Shown piece by piece: positions 51,686 to 64,000 of a stretch of 64,000 nucleotides of DNA. Positions within the stretch are counted from its first letter, which is position 1; every line of letters starts with the position of its first letter. Origin of the DNA: Sphagnum compactum. Taxonomy: Eukaryota. The stretch lies in NCBI GenBank assembly GCA_965153455.1, contig OZ234493.1, positions 23,116,213-23,180,212 of the forward strand, in the 5' to 3' direction. The notes beneath the pieces are model-generated. The model had not been told where the DNA came from and made no database searches. It worked only from the letters and a program-made list of their open reading frames with translations. The position numbers and the translations under genes were made by a program.

Positions 51686-52351
51686 GAACAAGTGGGCTAG
51701 ACTGAAAAGAAATTAATAATGTGATAGTCCTCAAGTAGGCGACTCTGGTCTACTTGAGAACTTGCATGACGATGCAGCAGCTCAATGTTTTTCCAGGAAT
51801 TATTTTTTTTGTTTGTAGCCAAAGTGAGGATCATCGCCAGGAAGATGTAGAAAAAGTGGCAATCATAGGTAGAAAGATTTAGTCAAAATCTGGCTACAAA
51901 CCCGAACATTTCATACAAATCTTTCATCCTCCTTTATATTTTTGGCTAGTTACACAATGAAAACCAAAATTATATAATAGTAAACCTGATGGTTTTTTTA
52001 CCTTTTTTCCCCGTCACTTTTGGCGACTGAAAACCTCCAAAATCACTTATTTGGCGGAATTTAAAATTGTAATGTCGGTTTTTGGCAAAATCTCGCCAAT
52101 TAAAAAACTAAAGAACAAGTTTAGCAGAGTCCTGAAGGCGCTGGCTGCTTCAAGCCTCAAGGACTAGTTCAAATACCAGCTCTCCAAGCAGCAGCTGTGT
52201 GCATCGTGTGCAAGTTGCAACGTATACATGAGCTCGTAGAACATCTGTTTCACTCCGTCGTCCCTCAACTCCACTTCCTTCTATTTCTGCAGTTCAGTTG
52301 TTGCTGCTTAGTGTTCTATATCCAGCGCTGCCGGGAGACGACGTCCACAAC

Positions 52352-53325
52352 ATGGCAACAACAACAGTCAAGTACGTCGATGCTGCATAACTGGCTGTTT
52401 CTATACTCCAGCTAGCTAGTTATCTCCTGCTGTGCACTGTAGCTGCTCGTGATGTTGCTAAGTTGTTGCGCTTGATCGTTGTTCTCTGTTTCTCACACAA
52501 GTTTTTTTGACATCAACTCATCTCCATGAACTAGACTTCGAGATTAGTATTTCCCCTAAATACATTTCGAGAATGAGCAAACGCTGAAGTACCATAACCA
52601 GGGTCCATCTGACTATAGCTGCCAAACGTGTACGTGCAGAGAAGGGTACTAATGCATTTGTGGCGTTTTGGACAGACAAGTCGATCTGAAACTTGCATAG
52701 AGAACGATGACGGTAGTCCTTGCATGAAATAGATTTCAATTGAAGTTGTCATGAACATTGCAAAACTATTAACATTGCAGCTTGACACATATAAGACCGG
52801 TGTCGCGAGACAAACCAGCTGTAACCGGCTGCACTCTCAGTAACTGCGATCGTTTCTGTTACATTGTTCGTTTTGAAAATTTTCTTTTCATGTAGCATAT
52901 TTCAAGCTTTAATCACGAGTGGTGAGAAATTTCCTGTCGCGAATATGAGAGTTGAAGGGTGTTTGATCTTCTGGAAACTAAAAAATAAGGTTGGATAATA
53001 TATGTGCAGATCATCACTGCCTGCCGGCCTCTTACCGGTTGTCATAGCATTTCTTCTGATGACGACCCCGGCTTTATACGTGACCTGCGACATCGTCACG
53101 GCCGACGTGAACGCATTCGCCTGTCCCTATGACGGCTGTGACTATATCGCCACAATTCCGGAAGGAACAGCAGTATTCGTATACTGCATAGCTAACGGCG
53201 TAGACATCAACGGTGATTCGCAATGGGATTACGTGGGATTAACTAGCGATGGCACCTTAGTTGGCTATGTGAGTGATTATTACGTCGATTGTGACGGAGT
53301 AGCTTGTGTTGGTCAGAGTTGCTAA
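52352..53325 (+). CDS. Small secreted Cys-rich acidic protein with a microbial SH3b-like domain; exons 52352-52371 and 53010-53325 (111 aa); alternative single-exon start at 53002
   Basis: caacATGG start, AA|GTACGT donor and tgtgcAG acceptor join in frame to give MATTTVKSSLPAGLLPVVIAFLLMTTPALYVTC-DIVTADVNAFACPYDGCDYIATIPEGTAVFVYCIANGVDINGDSQWDYVGLTSDGTLVGYVSDYYVDCDGVACVGQSC*. Signal-peptide-like hydrophobic stretch. The GxxVxxxC..GxxINGxSxWD...GYVSDYYV pattern resembles actinobacterial/fungal SH3b modules. Confidence 0.75.
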
Positions 53326-53868
53326 GGATTGCGCAGTAGATCACTACTACTTGACCTGATGATCACCAACATAAGTACTTCCGCTCATTGCATGTGATTT
53401 ATAACACCCAATTCCTACAGTTCCCAATCTTCTCCCAGTCCTCAAAGATGCTTTGGTGATCAGTTGTTGATCATCATCTCCATGTCAAAGTACCTTTCTT
53501 CAACTAGTATCGTAATTTGTTTGTTCCAGCACGTCATTTTGCTGATCATAATGCAGCCCTTCTTGACGAATTCTTGATATTATGTTTGTAGGTAATAACT
53601 AGTGATGATCAGCTGCAAGTGTATTAAACTTGTTTCTATAGTGCAGCCAGCTCCAATACGCTCAGTCCATGCCGTTGAAGTAAAGACACTGCATGTATCC
53701 TGGCATGTGTAATGTTGGAACTGTGCCACCAAAGTGTACTACACTCGTCTCCAGACAATAAATGTCAAGTGAATTTTGTTGTTATGATTTTGTCTTTGAT
53801 TTCATTATGATTAAGGGGTCTTTGACAAGAGGTATACTAGACGCTAGTAGACGACATCAGTTCGCTTA

Positions 53869-54168
53869 GAGCATCTCCCACGCAAAACTGTAAACAACTA
53901 CTCTACTTAAAAATAAAATAGTGTTTAATGATCACTGTCCCCACCCACAAACGTCATAAAAGTCCTTTTAAACACTCAATGACCATTTATGTCTTTACAT
54001 CTGGACGAGTAATAGTCACTGTATGTCCAAATCCAAGATTTGAAAGGGGTTGAAATGACCACTTTAAATGCAAAATGGACATCAATACAGGCGCGCAGCA
54101 GGATTTAAGCTATCCTGCTGCAAGGTTTAATGAAAAGGGATGTTTGCAGGTGTGGGGTGGAGACACTC
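53869..54168. mobile_element. Tourist-like (PIF/Harbinger) MITE
   Basis: TIRs gagcatctcc / ggagacactc with TTA target duplication (53866-53868 and 54169-54171). Confidence 0.7.
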
Positions 54169-56255
54169 TTATAACAGCTTATGGTAAATGGGGATTGTTT
54201 GTGGGCAAAAGGCTAGGGACCTATGGTGGTACCTTGACCTTTTTGAGTGAGACGTCTTAGGCCAAGTTGACACTAGGAGTCAGGGTTGTTGTTCAACCCA
54301 AATCAAGCATTCCTATTGGTGCAAAAGTTGAAATCGGCCCTAAGGGCTTTCACTAGGAGGGTGAAATAGAAAAAGTATTTTCAATCTGCCACAAGCTACT
54401 AATAAATGCTGAACTTTATGGCCTTGTATTGGCCCGAAGGCTCAAAAAAAGGATACCATTGAATTTGGGAAGCCAATTTGCAACCCTAGGGCCCAATGTT
54501 CCAGCATTTTTTAATATCTTGAGGTCAATGTTCTAGCATTTATTAGTAATTTTGGGCAAACAACAAGTCCAAAATCCTCAAAGCTGGCCCCAAGTTTTTT
54601 GGGCCCTGACTTCTAATGTAAAGCAAGCCCTAGTGGCCATATTAAGCCCCAAAAATGTTAGATTTGAACTCGGAGACACTGATTTATTCTACACAAGGGA
54701 TATTGGTAATATGTCAAAATAATTTAAATGAATTTTGGGATGTTTACCACAGTACCAATGTGGGCGCTTGTTCACCCAAGGCAAACGCTAGGATGGAGGG
54801 AGTCCTAAAATAAAGGGCTGTAGTAACAGTCCTGCACCCCCACATTTTAGGAAGGTCCAGCGACCCATGGTATTTACACAGCTAGTAAAGACCTGCTAAA
54901 ATTGTGTATTGGTAGAGTGTGCCCAGTAAAATTGGCCTTTACTGTTCTGTATGCATGAAAAGTTACAGAAAAACTCCCTGGATTTTGTCTGGGCTAATAT
55001 AAATGCAGACATTCACAATGGCCAGGTGAAGACATATCTTGCACGAAACGACTGTTTCTCAATGGCCATCTCCACTGATTGGCCCATGTGGTGAGAGTAA
55101 AATAGTCTCTCATCTTTTACAGTCCATGTTTTCAGGTTCATGGCTGGGAAAGGGGGGACAAACTAAACAGGTCACACTGGATGTGTAAATACTGACAGAC
55201 GGGTTGCCGCTGGGCATCCTCTTAGCCGAGGACAGGTATACATTCAGCAAATTTTTTTGTTTCTCCTTCAAGCGTTCTTCTGTTTTGGGAAGGATCTTCC
55301 CTTTTGTGGAGGGATATTCTGATTTTGAACTGCTCTTCTGTTTTTTGGCGGATCATTTGGTCTGTTTAAAATTTGTGGCAATATCTTTACCTTGGGCAAC
55401 ACCCTTGGATGAGGGCATTACCAGACAGCACTCTAATATTTTTCAGTAGTATCCAAATCTCAACAGACAAAAAGAATGAACAGGATCCAATTCACTCCAT
55501 CTCCATTAAGTCCTGTTCGCTGCAACACTGAAAATTTGGTGAAATCAGTTTGTGTACAGAGACATCTTTTGTTGTAGCGAGCAAGTGTTGCCTGATTCAG
55601 AACCATGAACTCATTATTACATTGCGACCCACAACAACATGCTATTATATGGACAGTGTAAACAACAGAGCGTGTCCATAGGTTTTGCTGAAAAGCATGA
55701 CATGAATTCAGGCCTAAGCTCTAACCTATTCAAAATTTTCAGAGCTACCAAATGAATTTCAGGAGATTTATATTCACTGGAATCATTAATTTCAGCAAAG
55801 GCTGATTGTGCATCCATGAGATATGATGAGTCCTGATCACTGGATTTTTGTGGTTGTGAGTTTTCGCTATTTGTGATTTTTTGGAAAACTTGTTCATTCA
55901 CAAAAAATGTCAGCATTTTTGTGAAATCAATTTATCAAAAAAAAAAGCCACTGGTTCTGATGATGTGACAAAGTGGGATAAGAAATGTAGAAGAGATAAG
56001 TAAGCCATATAGGACTCTGTCACTTCTCAGCCCTGGCAGGAGGGTTTGAAGTACATCCTTGTAGGCTACAAATTATTTCGTAATAAATTTCAGTAGCAAA
56101 AAGCTAATTGCTCCTTGTAATCCTCTAGTTAAGTTAAGCTGAGGATTCGGATTTGGATTGGCCTGCATTGGGTGAACAGGCATGCATAGTGATACCATGG
56201 TAAAACCTGCCATTGATTTTTAGTTGCTTGTAAACATTGTGATAGCCCATCCTAA

Positions 56256-56582
56256 GGGCGACTTTAGAAAAGGATCCAAGGTCCAGGGACCATCAAGCAA
56301 TCTTATTGGTCAAAAGCTTTAAATTGGTCCCAAGGCCTTTAGACAAGGGTCCACGACCAAAAAGTGACAAATTGAGGCTAAACCTACATGGCACCTGTTT
56401 TGGAGGGAAAATCAAATTGGTTCAGAACAAAAAACAGTGCTAAAAGGAGAGCTCCTGATTTGGAGAACCAAGAATCAGGCTAGGGACCAAGGTATAGTCC
56501 AACTCAAGGATTCAATTTGCTTAAAATCAGTCCAAATTGGTTCCTACGAAATTGAACCCTTGGACCCTCGTCTAAAGTGGGC
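56256..56582. mobile_element. Probable PIF/Harbinger-type MITE
   Basis: gggcgactttaga...gggtcc at the left and ggaccctcgtctaaagtgggc at the right, with TAA on both flanks. Confidence 0.5.
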
Positions 56583-57738
56583 TAATGCTAAATGAGGGGT
56601 CTCCTGTTTTAAATTGTAATAGTTTCCCTGGCTAAATATCTATAGCCACTGAGCAGCCTTCCTAAAAAGGTCGAGTTACTGATGTGGGTGCAGCAGGTTC
56701 AACCTGGGTGTACGCTGAAGTCCTTCATGAGGAAAAAGCTCTGATCCTTGTAACTATGGTTTGCAGTTTTGACAAGGAGGTTTGATTTCCTCAAGCTGTC
56801 AAGGTAGGGAGCTTAATGCACCTAGAAATATGAGGTACTTGGGACCTAAGGCTTGGCCGAGGGCGGGTCTTGTGATGAGTCTTGTTTAATGCGGACCTGT
56901 TAAGTTCCAGTTCTTAGATTTGGACAGTAATGAAATGCCCAAACCAGCTGATAGTGGCTTGAACCTTATGACATCCAAGGATGGACCTCATGTTTACAAT
57001 TCAAATGAAAAAGAAATTTTGTTGACTTTAGTCAAAACTAAAATGACCCAAATTTCTTTCAAATGTGGAATTTAGACTAATGTTGTGCGGTCTTCTTTTT
57101 TTTAAAGAAAACAAATGACATTCTTTGGACCCTATGAACTATGGAACCTTAATGCATTATCACAATGCAAGTTGTCACATTCCTTGCCACCTAAGTACAC
57201 AAATGTGCTTGATCTATGGTAATGTCAAGAAATCTAAAGGTTGATTAATATTAAAAGGCTTGGGCATGTGACCATTGAAAAGTAAAATCCTTTTACATTT
57301 GGTCCAAAATGCAAAAGGTGGTCAGTTTGGGTGTACACCAAGGTAGTTTTGAGCCCAAGCCCAAGCTATTGGCCTTGGATGAATTTGTTTTTTTAAATTT
57401 TTACTAATGGAAATAGCCATTAGCCCATGGGATTCAAGGAAATCTTAAATGCTGAGTCATAATATTTTATTGTCATTTATTCATTTAATTAAAAGGTAAA
57501 GTTGGAGGAAATTTTTGGATACTCCCCCTCCAAATACTACCCCTAAACCCTATACCTAGTTTTAGAATGATAATTTTTTTAAATCATTTTTTCGAAAGTT
57601 TTTAAAATTTGAAATTTATCAATAATAATTTCACTAATAGTTAATTATGAACCTAAGTTAAACACCTAAGAACCTTCACTAAGTTATCTTTCTTAAATTA
57701 AAAACCTAGCCCACCTAAACATTTAATTCACCAACTTA

Positions 57739-58752
57739 GGGTGCAAGTGTGAAAGTTTGAACCTTTCACCTCCTTTCACTTCCATGTTTAACCATTGACC
57801 AATCTTTAACTATTGAATATTATTTAAATGAATGATAATTTTTTGTCATCACATATTAACATGCACAATTTTTTTAATCCTAAACTATTCTTGGTTATTT
57901 TATAACAATTTTTACCATAGGCTATTCTAAGTTATTCTATCGTAAGTTATTATTGATTATTATATTATAAATTTTTGTTGGCTATTCTATCAGGCTGTTA
58001 TTGGCTATTTTAAATTATTTTAACATAAACTATTGTTGAATATTTTATTGTAAGTTATTTTTGACTATTTCAAACTATTTTACGATAGGTTATTGTTGGT
58101 TAGTCTAAATTATTTATCGTAGGCCACTTTTGGTTATTCTATTGTAGGCTATTATTGAATATTATATCATATGTTATTTTTTATTATTCTAAGTTATTTT
58201 TGGTTATTTTACTTTAAGTTATTATTGATTATTTTAGATTATTTTACCTTAGGTTATTCCACCTTAAGTTATTATATGCAATTTCTTAATATGTTATTTT
58301 ACCTTTAGGTCATTCCATTTTATTTAAGGTTATTTTAAGTTATTATACCTTAGAATAGGATAGCCTATAATAAAATATAGTAAAATGACTTTGAATAGTT
58401 TAAAGTAACTTTCAAATAACATATTATAGCTTAATATAAATAACCTAAAATAAAAATCCTGTAATAATTTAGGGTATAACTTAAGGCATAATAACTTATA
58501 GTAAGTTAGGGTATAACTTAGAATAACCTAAGGAAACTTAAAATAACATAACATATTCAAAACAACAACATAAAGATAAATCTATTTTCCATAATAAATT
58601 ATAATAGTCAATTATGTTATTTGGCAATGAAACATGAGATTTACATAATTACCTTATAATGAAATAACTTTAACTAAGTGAAATCATTAAGGTGTAGTGA
58701 ACCTATTTCACCTTTAAGGTCCCATAATGATTTAGGTTAGTGAATTGCACCC
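57739..58752. mobile_element. TIR element (GGGTGCAA...TTGCACCC) with an internal AT-rich fold-back array
   Basis: Degenerate (ggttatt/agttatt)n at ~57880-58350 followed by the reverse-orientation (aataacc/aataact)n at ~58350-58560, inside 8-bp inverted termini. Confidence 0.5.
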
Positions 58753-58753
58753 C

Positions 58754-60050
58754 ATTTTTGTATTAATGTTAAATTATCAAATTTACCATTTCAAATGGCT
58801 ACTTTGTTTTATGAAATTTTGGTTAAGAAAAAAATGTTGGTGAGATTATGTGTAGGGAATTATCAAACATCAAATGTTCTTGTAAATGGTGTTGATGGAT
58901 TTTTAAAAATTTATAAAAATTATTTCAATATTTTTAACCTAGATAAATTTTCATAATTTTCAGATTAGACATAATACAAAAATTATTATTTACAAATCTA
59001 TGAAGAATTCTTGAAGATTGAAAAAAAATGGATGCCACTTGAATCTAAAATTATCTAATATAAGTAAAGAGTAATCCTTTTCACATTATCACGAGAATCC
59101 AATTCCTAATTCAATTAGTTATGGCACAAATTGTACATCATTTACAAGGGTTGATTATTGATTGTTTAGCATTTCATTCAAGCAGCATGACAAAATATGG
59201 TTTAACATATACTACATTATCAAGGGTTCATTCAAAAGAACATTTGTATTTACTTTCCCCAATATTTTATAATTTTTTAGAAATCGATCATCTTGTCCAA
59301 GAAAAAATGTTTCAATTAAGAACAAATGCATAATACAAACTTTCTATTGTTTATTTAAAGTCCTATCATTTAAATTTTTAATTGTACAATCTTTTAATAC
59401 TTGTTATTTAACATTACATTTTGAAAATATTCTTGTGGATCCAAATCTATTACCATATCATTTTGTTTTAAATGAATTTTTTTTTATGCATTTGAACTTA
59501 AAATTTTTACAATGTTTTATCACAAAAGTTCCATCTATTATCATGTTACGATGAACATGGCACTATCGTACTTTATGATGAAAATGTGTCATTGATAGAA
59601 AGCACAACAATCATAGATTCTAGTGTTGAATTTATCACCACATTTTTTAATAACACATGAGAAAACTTATATATAATTGCAATATATAAACCACCCAAAA
59701 TGCAAGTGTCACATTTCAATTTGATCCTAAAGAACATTATACAAAAAAGGCTTTAACATTGTTCAACTATAATAACTAGAAATTTCAATATAAAATTCTT
59801 AACAAAAACAATTCAATCATTAACATTACAGGCACTTATGAATAAATAAAATTTTAAACTCACTTTTTTAGAAAACACCACTATTAATGATACACAAATA
59901 GATCACATATGGACGAATGCATCAATACAACAATGTCATTTTGGATCAACACAAGCATATTGGACAAATCATAAACTTGTCCATTTTGCTTTCAAATTAG
60001 CTAATTATTTCCCCCAATTTGTATTATCACATAATACCACAAAGTGATTT
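58754..60050 (+). mobile_element. Decayed Helitron/Helentron: PIF1-type helicase C-terminus followed by an APE/EEP endonuclease
   Basis: GNYQTSNVLVNGVDG (~58856), ITRIQFLIQLVMAQIVHHLQGLIIDCLAF and GLTYTTLSRV (59088-59230) are helicase motifs. IAIYKPP (~59680), IDHIWTN (59898) and YWTNHK (59958) are APE-like motifs. Stops and frameshifts present. Confidence 0.75.
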
Positions 60051-61028
60051 GATAAGTTGTTAAAATGAAATATGCTAGCAAAACAACTTGAAAATCATAA
60101 TAAAAAGGCTCTTAGAAAACAATTGCAAACCTTGAACTTGAATTTATTCAATTCGAGCTAATAGTCCAAATGTTATATGACAAGTCAACTTTATTTGCCC
60201 ATGATGTTTATATAATTGAAAATAATCCGTCTATAGTTAATTCGTAATTTTCTTTGTTTTGTTTGTAACAAGTGTTTGCAATTAAACATTTAACTTATTT
60301 AATTTATAATCATTATCATATTTATGAAAAATATATTTCATGATGAAAACACTTTATATCACAACTAAATAAGAGGTTGAAACTTTTGTAAGATCATTGT
60401 CATAACAAAAATTTAGTTATCTTATTTAAAATTTGAATATTTGGGTCCAATAAATTATAATGAAAGTGAAAACAAAATAATACAATAAGAAAATAGGTCA
60501 TGCCCAAACCTCTTGACTAACTCACTCTTCTTTGTATTTAGATGTGATACATAAAACCTTTATAAGGACTTTAGTGAACTCCATTGTATAAAAATGCAAA
60601 AATCAATTAAACCAAATTAGCAAGATTAGTGAAATTAGCAAATACAAATAGAATTATAGATGTGATACTTAATGATGAAACTTTTCTTTATCATAATTGC
60701 AAATGCAAAATTGTTGCACACAACAATAGCAACAAAATGTGTGCAACCATTTGTTTGTTCGTTATAATTCTATCAAGATGTTTGTTCAATAAATTCTTTA
60801 ATCTTCTTTCAATGAATGTTCATTTTGTGCGTTAGTTGTTCAATTATTTCATTTTCTTAATCAACATGCATCAATGTTTTCAATTGCAAAATTTGTTATG
60901 TGACTGTAATAAATTATGAAAACATAAGTGGTTCAATATTGCAACTATAATAATCTTGACGTTATTACATGCATGTATAAACACATTTATGCACATACAA
61001 ATAAATAACATATACAAATAAATCACAC

Positions 61029-61032
<4 letters not shown>

Positions 61033-61060
<28 letters not shown>
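61033..61060. repeat. (AT)n microsatellite
   Basis: Direct reading. Confidence 0.95.
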
Positions 61061-61065
<5 letters not shown>

Positions 61066-63690
61066 TGTACAACATCTTATCTATTGGCAAAGCTAGCATG
61101 TTTGTGATGCCTTGTTGTCTTTCACCCTAGTGTGGAGGCCACTGAATATGTGCAAAGAATTAAATGCATGACACTTGGATAGTATCGATCAAGATATTTT
61201 ACTCTATTTAAAGTTTTTATAAAATGATAAGCTTAAAAATCTATATGTTTCATTTTAGGACCTTGGTTTCCATTGATCTTTCGAACTTGAAGGATAGATG
61301 CTCAAATTTCAAGGAGATCAACATTTTATCTATTTCCATCAATTGTTTATTTGTTCAAAATGCATTTGAATTTCGAGAAATTGCACATTGGATGAAAATT
61401 CAAAATTGAGGCAAACTTTGTCAAGGAAGGCATCCACATAACATGGCCACCCCACCTTGGGGAAACTGTCCAAATACTAGATACAACAAGGGAAAATTAT
61501 AAAGAAATTGCACCAACTTCATTGGGGGAAGGCATCCAAAGAAGTTGCACAATGAATGAAAATCCAAGGAATTTGACCACACTCTCAAAGAAGGCATTGT
61601 GCAACAAAAGAAAATATGAAGAAATAGGCCCTACTTCAATAAGGAAAGCATATGGCGGACTTGGTCACACTTCACTTCACAAAAGTTGCACAATGGATGA
61701 AAACCAAAGAAGTTCGTCCCACTTAGTACCCAAGGAAGGTATTTGAAGAACTTTCCAAAACTTTGAAGTTATTTTACACAAGCTAGCATTTGAAAAAGAT
61801 GGTTCTTAAGAAAATGAATAAGTGATAAAGACTAAATCACCATCAAATTTGATTTTGTGTTAAATTCTGGACACCTATCAAGTGTTCCTTGCATCTAGGA
61901 AACAGGGTGTTATTATGTACTTAAGGCTAATGAATTCTTCTTCCAAACCATTGTAAATTTCTATGATTATGGTGAAATATTGTTAAAAGTATCCTTGTTT
62001 ATAAAGTTGTTAATGAGCATGGTTTGAAGCTCAACATTATATTACAATGATATTAATTTATTACATAAAAATAATGTTGTTTTTCTATTTGTCCATCCAT
62101 GCCATCCAAACCTACTTCTTCCAAGCCTCAATGTTGCACTCCTTTCCTTTGCACACACACTTACATAGACATAAAAAAAACACATGCTAATTTACATTTT
62201 CATATCTGTGTTATATATATTAAAATAATTAAATAACCATGTCTGATAAGCTTATCTACTTGATCTCTTTCCTTTACAATTTTGAGATCTAACATAAATA
62301 ATGATGAACTATAAAAAAACCATATGAAATCATAGGGGAAAAAATAGGGGGAAAAGGGGGAAGGGAACCTTTTGTTCAAATTGGAACCTTGCCCTTGCCC
62401 ACCACTTGTTTTGATGAAATCACTAATGGTTTTGTGCAATACATCAATGTTGTATCACTATCTTAAGGTGGTCACTCTTTGCATCAATTGCTTGCCCTTT
62501 GCGTACTTGGGCATCTTAGACATAATCGTAAACAAGATAAATGCCAATATTTATCCTTATTTATTTATACCTATGATAAATTTTGGCAACTGATAAAAGG
62601 TAAACTTATTTAATGAATCAACATTTTTCACTATGTTCAAAATTCCTTTGTAATTATCAGAGTGCAATGGGTGTTAGAAACTGCACAAAACCCCCGCAGG
62701 GTATCGGAGTTGATACTTGCCGTTACTTAGACATCCGGTTATGATATATAATCATGGTTATTGAAAAATCAAAATGCCTGGTTATTACATAGTAACCATG
62801 GTTCTCAGCTTTTTTAGAAGTCAGACGAGTCCCCGGAAAGCTTCCAGGTCTTTGATGGTTCTTTCATGACACCCGGTGGTTCTTTGAGAGTTTTTTTGAA
62901 ATACACAGAACTGGTGGTGGTTTGGTTCCGACTTTTCAAATACCCAGACCCGACGGTTCTTTGGTTCTGAAATTTTTCAAATGCCTGCTGGAACAACGGT
63001 TCTTTTATTCTGATTTTTTTTTCAAATACGAGGAACCAACAAAAATCGAAGGACCACCTCACATTCGTAATTTATCAATGTTGGGCGGATATTAAAAATT
63101 GGCTGAAAATCGGGCAAAGTTTCAAGCCGGATTTTAGTTGAATACCTCCGAGTATTCCCGGGAGTCATACCCTGTTGGAAACCTGTTTATTGTTAGTGAG
63201 AGCCGGTCACTTGAAATCATGTCTTTACTTATTCATAATTGATACCCCATCAAAGTATGAAAAATATCAGGATCAGAGTTTTTAATTCGACCTAATATTT
63301 TGCTACATTCAATAATCATTTTAGGTGTTAAGTAAGATTATAAATTAGATCTGAAATAGTATAAATTTTTAAAACCAATATGTGAAAATTGTCTTTGAAT
63401 ATTGATGAGAGTCTGAAACGTGTGAGACCCAACACTTTGAATCCAGATGAAAATATTTTTCTCAAATTGTTGAAACCGTGCTCCAGTCTTTAGAAAAATA
63501 ATTTAAATTTTAAAAAAAAATTGGTCTTATAAACTCTTCTAAAACCTGGACCCAACGGGTCTTTTAAAAACCTGATAACCGCCCAGCGCTGGTAATTACG
63601 AAGCAAAAAAATCTCCAAATTGGGAAGTTCAGGAAATTGAAGAAGAGGTCCCCCAACGAGGTCCCAATTGGACGTCTCAAAGGACGGCAA

Positions 63691-63806
63691 AAACCCTAAC
63701 GGAAGCCCTAATAAGATGGGCTCTTTGTTTTCTTTCTCCCGTCTTCTGCCGCGCGGTCGTGTGCGGAGCTTCCGGGAGCTCGCTCCTCCTACCTGAAGCA
63801 ACCATG
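63691..63806 (+). promoter_or_regulatory. Promoter, 5' UTR and first exon ending at ATG of a gene continuing beyond the window
   Basis: Telo box AAACCCTAA at 63691, site II-like TGGGCT at 63717, pyrimidine tract 63721-63747, then aaccATG (63804-63806) immediately followed by GTACGC and a T-rich intron-like sequence. Confidence 0.55.
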
Positions 63807-64000
63807 GTACGCTGATCTTTTGGTTCTGTTGCGCTTTACCATCCCCCTAGGAGCCTTTCTTGTGGAGCCCGAGTGAAGTTTGAGATATTCGCAGTTTTAT
63901 GTGCTTTTTTTGGCTGTTTTTGTGACAAAGCGTAATATAAATTGAAGGAACGGGATCGTTATTCGTCTTCTGGTATGATAGAAGCTTTCATCAGCTCAAG

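Noticed and set aside
63850-64000. Possible intronic box C/D snoRNA
   Set aside because: No canonical RUGAUGA box C is present, and the window ends before any structure can be assessed.

Overview
AT-rich, repeat-dense, intron-containing plant nuclear DNA, most likely a moss. Sphagnum-like is my inference from the PPR repeat style and repeat families, not from a search. Genes supported by the sequence: (1) the 5' six exons of a WDR55-like WD40 gene (minus strand, runs off the left edge); (2) head-to-head with it across a telo-box promoter, a 3-exon mitochondrial ribosomal protein mS34 gene with a GC-AG intron; (3) an orphan Cys-rich ~131-aa ORF with a tandemly duplicated leader (~13.2-15 kb); (4) an intact PLS-class PPR-DYW C-to-U RNA editing factor (34.2-36.7 kb); (5) a small, secreted, acidic six-cysteine protein resembling microbial SH3b cell-wall-binding domains (52.35-53.3 kb), the best novelty candidate and a possible horizontal acquisition; (6) a probable first exon ending at ATG at the right edge. 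The rest is mostly decayed transposons: a CRE-type non-LTR retroelement with a CACTA-like MITE beside its RT catalytic motif, a Helitron/Helentron relic (PIF1 helicase plus APE-like endonuclease), MULE-, Tourist- and Sola-like MITEs, and minisatellites. No rRNA, tRNA or CRISPR array was seen. All calls were made by eye without database searches.
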